Shown here: positions 52,098 to 63,611 of the stretch, piece after piece
Layout of the letters: each line of letters begins with the position of its first letter
How positions within the stretch are numbered: position 1 is the stretch's first letter
Origin: Octopus bimaculoides
Lineage: Eukaryota
DNA length: 64,000 nt
Assembly: GCF_001194135.2 (NCBI RefSeq)
Contig: NC_068982.1
Span: 114,708,026 to 114,772,025, forward strand
Direction: 5' to 3'
Notes under the pieces: generated by a model
The model's input: the letters and a program-made list of their open reading frames with translations, nothing else
Told to the model about the DNA's origin: nothing
The model's database searches: none
Made by a program: the position numbers and the translations under genes

Positions 52098-53239
52098 TAT
52101 ATATAATGATGATGATGATATTTGATGTTAAATACTTGTACACTTTTAAGTTATTAAATGGTATTTTTTTAATGTCAAATGTGAAATCATTATGTAACTA
52201 CAAATATTGATGTTATTAGATAAGTACACATGTTTGATGTTATGATGATCAGATCCCAAATGGAGTCTTTATCGATGGGAGAAGTGAATATCTAACAGAA
52301 GCAGTTGATAGTCAACTAAAATTTCAAAGATTGACTACATCCACCAGCAAAACCGCAATACAAAACAGTATATAAAATATAAGTAAAAAATATTTGTTCA
52401 TATACTGTATAGTCTCTAAGTTGAAATCCCATCAGACTTAGTTTTGTGTTTCACTCTACTAGAGATGATATGTAGCAGTAGCATAAAGAGGTTGATTCAA
52501 ATAACAATAAATACTTCATTCAACAATTCATCTTAACTTAAGGAAGAAATTAATATGTGTAAATTTTACTTTATCTTATATATTAATTACATGCAAAAGC
52601 AAAACATTTAATCATTATATGAAATCTTAGGGAACAGTGTACTATTTTGGGAATAATAGTTTGGCCACATTTGTCATGTTGGATTTTACAACTGATATTA
52701 TCATCATCACAATTTTATATGTGCTTTTTTATGCTGGCATGAATTTGGGGTTTTCCTGCGGCACAGTTTTACAGCTAGATGCACTTCTTGTTGCCCACCC
52801 TTACAATATGCATGGACACTGTGTACCTATTCTAAAACCACAGTAAGCTATTACTAAACAGAGTAATAAAAACTCAAATACAATAAGTCCTTTACAAAAG
52901 AATACATTAGTTTGCATCTATTAGTTCAGAAGATAATTCTAGGTCTAAACTAGGATGACCTACATTTCATTGATACAGATACAAACAAAAATGTGAACAG
53001 TTAGAATATCTTCTGCAGTGTGTCAGTCAGTACATCATCACATTAAACACCAAAATAGTTTCTGAATTTCCAGACTACAAGTTGTGATATCTCAAGCATC
53101 CTGGTATCTATTTTAACTAATGTTAGGTTAAACTTGGTAGCTTGTAAAACTTCCAGAATGGTTCATGTAAGAAAAAGTGAGTAAATATACAGTTAGAGTC
53201 TTTTCTTCAATTATTTAGGAATATTTCTCAAATTGAGAA

Positions 53240-53371
53240 TTTCCAAAAATTGCACCTAACCTGTACCCTCCGGGTACAGTGGTGCGCTCAATTATTAATT
53301 GCAGGTGTCAGCAGTCTTGCCCTCAGTAAACCCTCCTTGAGCAAGCTCCCAACCCCCTGACGAGGACGGTT
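53240..53371 (-). ncRNA. RNU4ATAC: U4atac minor-spliceosomal snRNA
   Basis: 5' AACCGTCCTCGTCAGGGGG (human AACCATCCTTTTCTTGGGG). K-turn stem-loop CTTGCTC-AAG-GA-GG-GTTTA-CT-GA-GGGCAAG. TGAGGGCAAGACTGCTGACACCTG (human TGAGGGCAGTACTGCTAACGCCTG). 3' stem-loop GCACC/CTGTACCC-GGA-GGGTACAG/GGTGC. Sm site AATTTTTGG (human GGTGCAATTTTTGGAAA). About 132 nt; the exact 3' end is uncertain. Confidence 0.9.
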
Positions 53372-54682
53372 AACTATATTTTGTCGTATTCTAATATATA
53401 CACTGAGCAAAATGTACATTTGTAGGTATTGACTAACGGAGTAGTCATCGCCATTAATGTACAGCGAAATATTGCGCTTAACAAATTATATCAACTTAAT
53501 TTAAAGAACATAATTAATCATTTTCGTAGATGTAACGTTTTGAATTAAACTGAAAAATAATTATTTAAGACTTTTTTCTGAAAGTTTACTTAAAAATATT
53601 ATTATTACTTCCCTTGACACGACACTTCCGCTTAATATGGGTTTCCTCCCTTAGCTTAGAATTTCTAAGAAATATTTATTCCACGTATTAATTTTCCACG
53701 TATTAATTTTCTCTCTCTCTCTCCGTCTCTCTCCACACACACATTCCTTCACACTTATTCTATCCCGCCCTTCTCGTTAACTGCCTGCTAAAATCATATA
53801 AATATTTATCGAGATGTTATATGAATGTACGTCACTCGGAAATTTGGCTGCGGCATTACGTGTTGTATATTCATACCCACCACCGCGATTCATTACATAT
53901 CTTAGTCAAATCACTTAATTCTACATGCCTTACTAATAAACTTAGTTGTTGTTGTTTAGTCCCATGTCAGCTCTGATCAAAAGGCATTAGAGCCGTGACA
54001 ACCACATTATGTTTTTTCACCTCCGTCGGACAAAATGTATTGCAATATTTGTTCTAGTTCAATACGTTCCGAGATCAACTTCATCCTTATGGAGGCCGGG
54101 GCAATAAAATAGAGTACCAGTTAAGTACTTGAGCTGAAGGTATTGATTAACCCGTCGTTTCAAAATTGATGGCCCGGTGCCTAAAATAGAAACATTGAAG
54201 ACGGTAGGGGGTGATCTAAGGGTTATCTGTCTGCTTTTTCTAGCAAATAGATAGAGCAGTTTTGAAATGACTTTTTTTATTTGATTTTTTATTTTTTTAT
54301 TTACTTATTTTGATTTTCCTGATTTTCATACAAATATAAATCATGGTTCTGGAAAAAAATTTAGTTAATGTTTACTTTAACTACCGGTCACCAAAACAAA
54401 CAAAAAAAACGAGTGTAATAGGTGTAAAAAAAAATGTGTATTAAACGAATGTGAAAACAAAAATTTGCGCCAACGAACGGGGGGGGGCGGAGAAAGGATT
54501 TTCGGAAAATTCGCAAGATCCGATTTTTCCCCTCATAACTTTTAGGAAAATGGATATCTTCTAGTGAAATTTTAAATAAATACCTTTCAAACGGCATAGA
54601 TTACGATTATAAAGAACGGGATGCTACAAATCAATATGACATATAATTTAAATTTTAATATATGTTCACGACATAATTTTCG

Positions 54683-54700
<18 letters not shown>
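53372..54700. promoter_or_regulatory. CpG-retaining region upstream of U4atac (candidate promoter)
   Basis: CpGs are frequent here but sparse in the flanks (by eye). CACTTCCG (ETS-like) at 53623-30, CCCGCCC at 53764-70, TACGTCA at 53828-34, and ATGGCG about 80 nt upstream of the snRNA start. Confidence 0.45.
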
Positions 54701-54723
<23 letters not shown>

Positions 54724-54827
54724 GAAGAAGAATGGAACGAACGAAACTGTTTATAATAAATATCATGCATGCTCTCATTGATATGCTAATTTTAGTACAT
54801 GCTTTTTGTGTGTTTGCACATATATAT

Positions 54828-55540
54828 NNNNNNNNNNNNNNNNNNNNNNNNNNNNNNNNNNNNNNNNNNNNNNNNNNNNNNNNNNNNNNNNNNNNNNNNN
54901 NNNNNNNNNNNNNNNNNNNNNNNNNNNNNNNNNNNNNNNNNNNNNNNNNNNNNNNNNNNNNNNNNNNNNNNNNNNNNNNNNNNNNNNNNNNNNNNNNNNN
55001 NNNNNNNNNNNNNNNNNNNNNNNNNNNNNNNNNNNNNNNNNNNNNNNNNNNNNNNNNNNNNNNNNNNNNNNNNNNNNNNNNNNNNNNNNNNNNNNNNNNN
55101 NNNNNNNNNNNNNNNNNNNNNNNNNNNNNNNNNNNNNNNNNNNNNNNNNNNNNNNNNNNNNNNNNNNNNNNNNNNNNNNNNNNNNNNNNNNNNNNNNNNN
55201 NNNNNNNNNNNNNNNNNNNNNNNNNNNNNNNNNNNNNNNNNNNNNNNNNNNNNNNNNNNNNNNNNNNNNNNNNNNNNNNNNNNNNNNNNNNNNNNNNNNN
55301 NNNNNNNNNNNNNNNNNNNNNNNNNNNNNNNNNNNNNNNNNNNNNNNNNNNNNNNNNNNNNNNNNNNNNNNNNNNNNNNNNNNNNNNNNNNNNNNNNNNN
55401 NNNNNNNNNNNNNNNNNNNNNNNNNNNNNNNNNNNNNNNNNNNNNNNNNNNNNNNNNNNNNNNNNNNNNNNNNNNNNNNNNNNNNNNNNNNNNNNNNNNN
55501 NNNNNNNNNNNNNNNNNNNNNNNNNNNNNNNNNNNNNNNN
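54828..55540. other. assembly gap (713 N)
   Basis: Direct reading. One possible hiding place for the missing 5' SELENOF exons. Confidence 0.99.
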
Positions 55541-55848
55541 GCCTGTGTTAGAATGGGGGCAGCTGATGAAGGAAAATGTTCTCTATGTGGCCTGTGTGTT
55601 TTCTGTACTCTGGTTATTATTATTTTTTTTGTCTACGTTTTGTTTGCAATGTCCTGTACCCAGATATGCACCTATATATACAGGTAGATGTAGGTATGCA
55701 CATACTTGTACGTATATATGCATATACTCATTTATATTTGTTTTATATATATATATAGACAGAGAGAGAGAGATTTGCATTATGAAAATGCTACCACTCC
55801 TTAAAAATCTGGCCTTATAATAAATGAAAATAAATTAATACTCTATAA

Positions 55849-56209
55849 CAGTGGTTCTCAACCATATCTTACCTGTAGAACCCTTTGATTACGGTTTTAC
55901 TCAGGTAGACCCCCTACAGCCAATTAATGTTTAAAAACTAATTTTATAGACACTTCTTTCAAAATTCCTATTTTGTTTACCACATGTTCACTTGTGCAGG
56001 TTTGCAATAGCACTCTCCAAGGGAACATGTTGAACTTTGTGGAGCGTTAAAAAAAGAAACCTAATTGTTTTGCTTTTTTTTATGGGGGGGGTGTAATAAA
56101 TACGTGTAAGGCAAAATTTTTTTCTTTGATCCCTAAAATACAACTGCAAACCCCCAAAAAATATTATATGAACCCTCAGGGCTTATATGGTGCCTTGTTA
56201 AGACCACAG
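55849..56209. mobile_element. hAT-type MITE
   Basis: Starts CAGTGGTTCTCAACC and ends ...GTTAAGACCACAG. 8-bp TSD CTCTATAA (55841-48) / CTCTATAC (56210-17). Confidence 0.75.
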
Positions 56210-56877
56210 CTCTATACAGTAATTACACTCTGAGTTCAAATCCTGCTAGGATCAACTTTTCCTTTCATTCTTCTAGGGTACAAATAAGCATAAATCAAGT
56301 ACTATGATCAATTCAATCAACTTTTCCCTTGCCTCTTAATTTGCAGCCTCAACATGATAAAGAGCTACAGAATAACTGCTTATAGTATCTGCAGAGAACT
56401 AGTTTAGTAATCAGACTAGTAAAAAATGACAGCTGCATCAAAAATTTAGCTAAGGGAGCACTCTAAATAGTTGCTCATCCTTGTAAAAATAACAGCCATT
56501 CTCTTCAAATCCCACCTTACTGTGTTAAAAAAAATGAAAGGGCATACTGCACAATATAGTTCTACATATAAAAAGACAGGAAGGTCATGGATGAAATGCC
56601 TTGGATAACAGATCTACTCAATGATCAGGAGTTGGTACAGAAAATTTTAACTCTAAACCCTCTATTTGTAATTAAGCTTATATTTCTTATTAACTGAGAG
56701 CATACAACATACATGGCCAATCTGAATCATCAGGGAATTTTTTAGCAGCATGATATATTTGAGTTGGGGTTTAAATGCTGCATAGCTTGTCACTAAATTT
56801 TTCTGTAATATTTATTGAAGTTACAAACAATTACATGGAAAAATGCAAGCATGAAAAGTCATATTCTTAAGATTATA

Positions 56878-57298
56878 AACATGGAAAAGGACAGGACAAG
56901 TTATTACACCTGTAAAAGTATAGGACAAGCTATTACTTCTAGTAAAGTAAAGATTAAGAAACTTTTTACTTAAAATATCGCAGCAAAGAATGCCAGTTCT
57001 AATTTATCACTCTTTACAGCTCTCATCATTAAAATTTATTGTACAAAACTGTTCAGCTAATTTCTAAGTTTGTCTAATTAGTCACTTTTTTCTGTATTTA
57101 AGGTAGTAAATTAACCAAATTCTACTTGAATAAGTATAGTGTTATTTGTAAACTATAATAAAATAAATTTTAATATTCAAATTTTAATTTTAGCTGCAAT
57201 ATTTTAAGTAAAAGTTTCTTATTCTTTACTTTACTTGAAGTAATAGCTTGTCCTATACTTTTACAGGTGTAATAACTTGACCTGTACTTTTCCAGGTT
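56878..57298. mobile_element. TA-flanked MITE with about 107-bp inverted arms
   Basis: AACATGGAAAAGGACAGGACAAGTTATTACACCTGTAAAAGTATAGGACAAGCTATTACTTC... (56878-56984) is the reverse complement of 57193-57298. TA at 56876-77 and 57299-300. Confidence 0.75.
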
Positions 57299-59800
57299 TA
57301 CATGGCTTGCACAGCTCTCACTAACCATTCATCTATCCCTAGTTTCCTCATTGACCACCAGATAAGGGATTGGGGGACCCTGTCAAAGGCTTTTTCCATA
57401 TCAACGAAAGCCAGATACAGAGGTTTATCCTTGGCTAGGTATTTCTCCTGCAGTTGTCTTACCAGAAATATAGCATCAGTGGTGCTTTTCCCTGGCACGA
57501 ACCCAAACTGCATCTCATCTAAACTGATTCGTTCCCTAATTAGTTGAGCTATGACCCTCTCCGTGACTTTCATTACCTGATCCAACAACTTGATACCTCT
57601 GTAATTATTTGTATCTAAAGCGTCACCTTTACCTTTGTAGCAGTTGACAATGGTGCTGCTACACCAGTCATTGGGTATGACTCCTTCATGTATCACCTGG
57701 TTAACTATACGGGTGACTAGGCTATAGCCAATAGACAGATATTTTGAGCATCTCTGCAGTGATTCCTGATGGGCCGGAGGCTTTCTCTGTCTTCATACTC
57801 TTGATTGCTTTATCTACCAAGGTACTGTCAATTCGGATAGCTGGTCCCTCTGTTGGGTCGACATTCGGCAGACTCTTTCTCCCATTCATTCTCTTTATTG
57901 AGCAACCTTTCATAGTAATGTCTCCAAACCTCTCTCTCTCTCTTTGCAGCCTTGTTTAGTGCAAGTGAACCATCATCCATGCAGACACATTTCTCTCCAA
58001 CATCACGATTCCCTCTCACACACTGTCTTGCAACACAAAATACTCAAGTCTTTGGTCCTCACAGCACAGAACATTGGCAAATTTTTTCTTATCTGCTTCC
58101 CCTCTAGCTGAATAAACCTGTCTCCTAGCTTCCCTTCTGGCAGTCTGATACAATTCCCTGCTACCACCGTTCTTCCAATCCTTCCAAGCCTGTTTCTTTT
58201 GTCAAATAGCCCTATCAACAACAATGTTCCACCACCACATTATTTTGGGTCGAGAGGGGACTTTGCATCATCCACAGAGCTGCTCAGTGGCCCTCAGCAG
58301 GTTGTCCTGTAGAAACATCTAATTTTCTTCCACATCGTGTGAAGTTATATCCCCTTCTATTTCATCAAAGGCTTCGAGTAATACATCTCTAAATCTCTGT
58401 CCATTCGCAGGATCTTTAAGCTTCCAGACCCTTCTCCTCCATGCTGGTCCTCTTCTGGGCATCCATTTAGCCCTGATCCTGACATTGCTAACTACCAGTC
58501 TATGTTGTGGGATACATTTTTCGCCTGGGAAGGTTTTGGCATTTATAAGTAGCCGTTTTCCCCTTTTTCTGGTGAGGATGTAGTCAATTTGGCTAAGTGT
58601 GTCTGCCAGAACAGTAGGTGACTAGGTGACTGGCAGGTTTCCTGAAGTTAGTATTGCAAACCATAAGATCATTTGCATCGCAGAACTCCAGCAGCCTGGT
58701 AGCCTCCATGTACACCATGGAAGCCCCCTGTATGTTATCCAACATGTCCAATGAAGTCACCAGCCACAAAGAGGAGGTCCCTGTCATTCGTCAACGAGGT
58801 AGTCTGCAAGAGGGTGTCATAAAATCGGTCCTTCTGTCCATCAGGTAGCCCCGGCTGAGGGGAACAGGCCGAGATAATGTTTGCTAACCCATGATGAAGC
58901 ACTAATCTAATCTTAAGTACTCTGTCACATACTCTGACTACCTCGATTACCTTATCAACTCATTTCTCAGCATGAAGTATACGCACGTCCCTGACTCCGT
59001 CAGTGTTCTTTGCCCAGAAAATCTTGTACCTGTGTTTTTTGCCTGTGAGGAACCTAGCAGAACCTCCTCTCCACCTTACTTCTAGGATGCAGCACAAATC
59101 GACACATCTCCGTTCAAGCATCTCAAAAATCTCACCAGACCTACTTTTCAGTGTGCCGACGTTGAGAGTACCAACCCTGAGGGTGTAGGAGGTATGGGCC
59201 TATGAGACCCTGGGACAGGGGACAGCAGCATCATGTACCTGAATAGAAAGCTCACATTTGGCAGAATTCATAAACAAACAATAGCCTTCATTTCAACCTG
59301 CATACACTACACCATCATATCTATGCACTATATGATCACTACCTTACATAGGAGATAAACCCTAAGTAGGGGTGGGGATGGCATAAAGGCTTTAGAAGTG
59401 TGCATGGGAGACAACCAAAGAATGACACAGGATAGGAACTTCCAGTACAGGTGGAGGGGGTCAGAGGGTCGGTGGGCGGGCGTACTATGAACTAACAAAT
59501 TTAGACGGGAGCATCTTCTGGATACGTATTCTTTCGGCGGAGGTATTAAAAATCGAGTAGGGGAATCCAAGTGCATGCACTAGTTTATATAGGATAGGGG
59601 TGGGGGAAGTCTTGGCGAAGCAAGTGGTAATCGAAAGAGAGACAGATAGACAGACAGAGTGAGGCCGAGAGAGAGAGAGACAGACAGAGTGAGGCCGAGA
59701 GACAGTGAGGCAAAGAGAGAGAGGGGGTACCAGAGTTAGGGTGGTCAGAACACGAGGGAGAAAAATATTCTTTTGGGATTTGGGTAGCATAATTTAAAGA
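57299..59800 (-). mobile_element. RTE-clade LINE, 5' part (5' region, APE endonuclease, start of RT), defective
   Basis: TLRVGTLNVGTL (EN start, ~59170); ...CNTNFRKPASHLVTY; NYRGIKLLDQVMKVTERV...FGFVPGKSTTDAIF...AFVDMEKAFDRVP. Contains frameshifts. The 5' boundary is approximate. Confidence 0.85.
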
Positions 59801-60559
59801 AACAGCAAATGTCAATAATAGTAAAATAGAATTGAAAAAAAAGTTTTCAGTCAGCCAATCTATAACAAAATTTGAGAAATAAGTGACTGTGTGATAAACT
59901 TGAATGAATGAATATGTGGTGGTTAAGGATATGATGAACTAAGGTTATCTTCAGGCAACAACAAGGATGACGAAACTATATTTACATATTTACATGGTAA
60001 TGAAATAGAAGAGTAGATGAACAAGGTTGAAAAGACAAAATTTCTTATCTGAGCATCTTCTGAGATTCGTATCCTTTCACATATATATATATGTATATAC
60101 ATACATATATATATAATATACATACATATATATATATATATATANNNNNNNNNNNNNNNNNNNNNNNNNNNNNNNNNNNNNNNNNNNNNNNNNNNNNNNN
60201 NNNNNNNNNNNNNNNNNNNNNNNNNNNNNNNNNNNNNNNNNNNNGGAAATGTATAACTGCTGTCATTCACAGAAAAACTATTGTTTTACTGTGAAAAAAG
60301 TGCTGTTGAAGTGTTAAGTGAAATTTATCGATCAAGGATCAAATCCACAGTATGCCTGCATGAAACCACAACAAATACATTGTGGAATAAAAAATTTATC
60401 TACTATCATGGAAAAAGTGTAACTGTAAAAATGCAGAATTATTGGAGTAATAGGCATTCAAAAAAGTATGTATGTATAGAAATGTATAAATGAAATCTTT
60501 AAGGTTTAAGATTCAAATTAAGGAAGTGCAATAATAATAATACAGTTCTATATTTAAGA

Positions 60560-60680
60560 GATGAGGAATTATGTACATTATTTACAAGTGACGGATATTT
60601 GTCCTCATCTTGTTTGTTGTTAACACAACGTTTCGGCTGATATACCCTCCAGCCTTCATCAGGTGTCTTGGGAAATTTTG
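60560..60680 (-). mobile_element. Penelope-like terminal repeat relic with hammerhead-like core
   Basis: Minus strand CTGATGA-A-GGCTG-GAGGGTATAT-CAGCC-GAAAC at 60662-60630. Confidence 0.4.
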
Positions 60681-60689
60681 CACCAGGCT

Positions 60690-63300
60690 CCAATCTGAGC
60701 TGGCAATATTTCTACAGCTGGATGTTCTTCCTAACGCCAATCACTAAGAGTGTAGTGGGTGCTTTTTACGTGTCAGTGGCACAGAAGCCAGTCAAGGGGT
60801 ACTGGCATTGGCCACATTCGGATGGTGCTTTTTGCATACCACTGGCACAGGGGCCAATCAGGCGGTCTTGACATCAATCCTGTTCAGATAATGGTATTTA
60901 TGTGCCACCGGCACGGGAGCCAGTCAGGGGATACTGGCCACAGCTATGATATTGGTTTTATTTGACTCAACAGGTCTTCTCAAGCGTATCATATCACCCG
61001 ACACATCGTGTACACTTAACTGGGCCAGATAAACATGGCTGCAATCTCACTTTAGTTGCCGAGTCTTCTCAAGCTCAGCATATCTCCAAAGTTCTCGGTC
61101 TCCGGTCATTTCCTCTGTGAGGCCCAATGTTCAAAGGTCATGCTTCAACACCTCATCCCATGTCTTCCTGGGTCTACCTCTTCGATAGGTTCCTTCCACA
61201 GTTAGGGAGTGGCACTTCCTCACACAGCTGTCCTCATCCGTGCGTAACACACGACCATACCAGCGCAGTTGTCTCTTGCACACCACATTTGATGCTTCTT
61301 GTGCCCAACTTTTCTCTCAGGGCACTTACACTCTGTCGTGTATGCACACTGACATTGCACATCCAGCAGAGCATATTAGCTTCATTTCTTTCAAGCCCAT
61401 GCATGTCTTCAGCAGTCATGGCCCATTTTTTACTGACATGTAGCATGACTGTTTGCATGCAGGCATCATACAGTCTACCTTTCATCCTGAGCAAGAGGCC
61501 CTTAGTTGCCAGCAGACATAAAAGCTCCCTGAACTTTGCCCAGACTATTCTTATTCTAGCCGCTACACTCTCAGAGCAACCACCCCCACTACAAACTTGG
61601 TCGCCTAGGTCGTGGAAGCTATTAATTACTTCCAGTTTCTCCACCAAGCATATAATGGAATCTGTTTTCTGTACAACTTCAGTGTTTATTGCCCCTGTGC
61701 ATCTGTTACACACAAAAACTATCTTCCCATTTAACCTTCCTTTGATATTGCTGCACCTTTTATTTGTCCATAGCTTACACCGAGTACACCGTATGGAGTT
61801 TCTACCCACGCCTTTTCTACAGATCGAACAGAGCCATCTACCTGAAGGGGTTTGTGATTTGACAGCCTTCCTACTTACTAAGACTTTGGTTTTTGCTAGG
61901 TTAACCCTAAGGCCCTTCACTTCTAGACCTTGCTTCCACACCCTAAACTTCGTCTCTAGTTCTGGCAATGACTCAGCTATTAGAGTAAGGTCATCAGTAT
62001 AGAGAAGCTCCCAGGGGCAGCCTGTCTTGAATTCCTGTTATTGCCTAGAAGACTATGATGAATAAGAGTGGGGATGACTATACTCATTACCAACCCTCAC
62101 CTTACTGACAACATCCCTCTATCTCTAGTTTCTGCATTGACCACCAGATAAGGGATCAGGGGACTCTGTCAAAGGCTTTCTCCAAGTCAACAAAAGCCAA
62201 ATACAGAGGTTTATCTTTTGCTAATTGTCTTACCAGAAATACAGCATCAGTGGTGCTTCTGCTTTGCACAAAACTAAACTGCATCTCATCTAGGCTAAGT
62301 CTCTCCCTAATTAGTTGGGCTATGACTCTGTAACTGTCATCACTTGATCCAATAATTTGATACCCCTGTAGTTATTGCTATCTAAAGCATCGCGTTTACC
62401 CTCATAGCAGTTGATTATGGTGCTGCTACACCAGTCATTGGGTATCACTCCTTCATGAACTACCTGATTTACAACATGACCATAACCCACACCACCCAAT
62501 ATTTTAAGCATCTCAGCGGCGACTTCTGATGAGCCAGGTGCTTTCTCTGTCTTCATATCCTTAATTGCTTTATCTACCAGGGTACTGTCGATTTGGATAG
62601 CTGGTCCCTCAACTGGGTCAACATTTGGCAGACTCTCCTCCTCCCATTCATTCTCTATATTCAGCAGTCTTTCATATAATGGCATCTCCAAGCCTCTTTC
62701 TTTGCAGAATCATTAAACGCAAGGGCACCATCATCCATGCAGACACACTTCTCTCCTATAACATCACAGTTTTCTCTCAAACACTGTCTTGCAATCCGAA
62801 ATACTTCAGTTCTTTAGTCATCACATCGCTAGACATTGGCAAACTTCTTTTCTGCTTCTCCCTTAGCTATGTATACCTGTCGCCCAGCCTCCCTTCTGGC
62901 TACCTGGTACAGTTCCCTGCTACCCCCACTCTTCCAGGCTTTCCAGGTGCCTAGTCCCCTCTTCATTTCTGGTACCAATTTCATGGCCCCCATGTACACC
63001 ATGGGAGATATCAGGTTGCTGTCCAACATGCCCATTAAAATCTCCAGCTACAAAGATAAGATCATTGTCACTCGTCTTTGAGGTAGCCTGCAGAAGAATA
63101 TCATAAAAGTGATCCTTCTGTTCATTTGGTAGGCCCGCTTGTTGGGTGTAGGCAGAGATAATTGTAGTAATATCATTCTGCAAGACCAGCCTGAGTTTAA
63201 GTACTCTATTGCACACCCTCACTACCTCTATGACCTTATCCACCCATTTCTCTGCAAGAAGTATGCCCACACCCCCTATTCCATCACTATTACCTTCCCT
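60690..63300 (-). mobile_element. RTE-clade LINE, internally deleted (EN part, RT pieces, PHD-like finger, C-terminus, 3' UTR)
   Basis: GVGILLAEKWVDKV...AGDFNGHVG; NYRGIKLLDQV; LLYTDDLTL; KGLRVNLAKTKV...CSIC...CTRC...CNRC; ARIRIVWAKFRELL. The 3' UTR equals family C. Confidence 0.85.
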
Positions 63301-63611
63301 GTACATATATATATATATATATATATATTTATTACTTATATATATGCATCTTAAAACAATTCATTGAGAGCTGTACCAAGTCAGCTATCATAAAATCTCC
63401 ATATCAACCAATAAGAGGGAAATTTTAGGTAAAACACTATAAAATAAATTACTCAATGAACACTGAGAAATTCCTGAGGTAGATCCAGCGACAAATGTGT
63501 AAATACTGTGGATGACATCAGGTAGTCATAGGCAGTGAACGTGTTTCATCAGCTAACTACTAGGAACATACTCAATACTTAAATAATTATTTATCTATTT
63601 TACATATATAT

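Noticed and set aside
52324-52401. Minus ORF MNKYFLLIFYILFCIAVLLVD as the SELENOF signal-peptide exon
   Set aside because: The donor is weak, hydrophobic runs are expected from T-rich DNA, and no Cys-rich exon 2 was found between it and the Sec exon.
53261-53455. ATGGCG...CAG|GTTAGG as SELENOF coding exon 1
   Set aside because: All three frames have stops, and the sequence is fully explained by U4atac and its upstream region.
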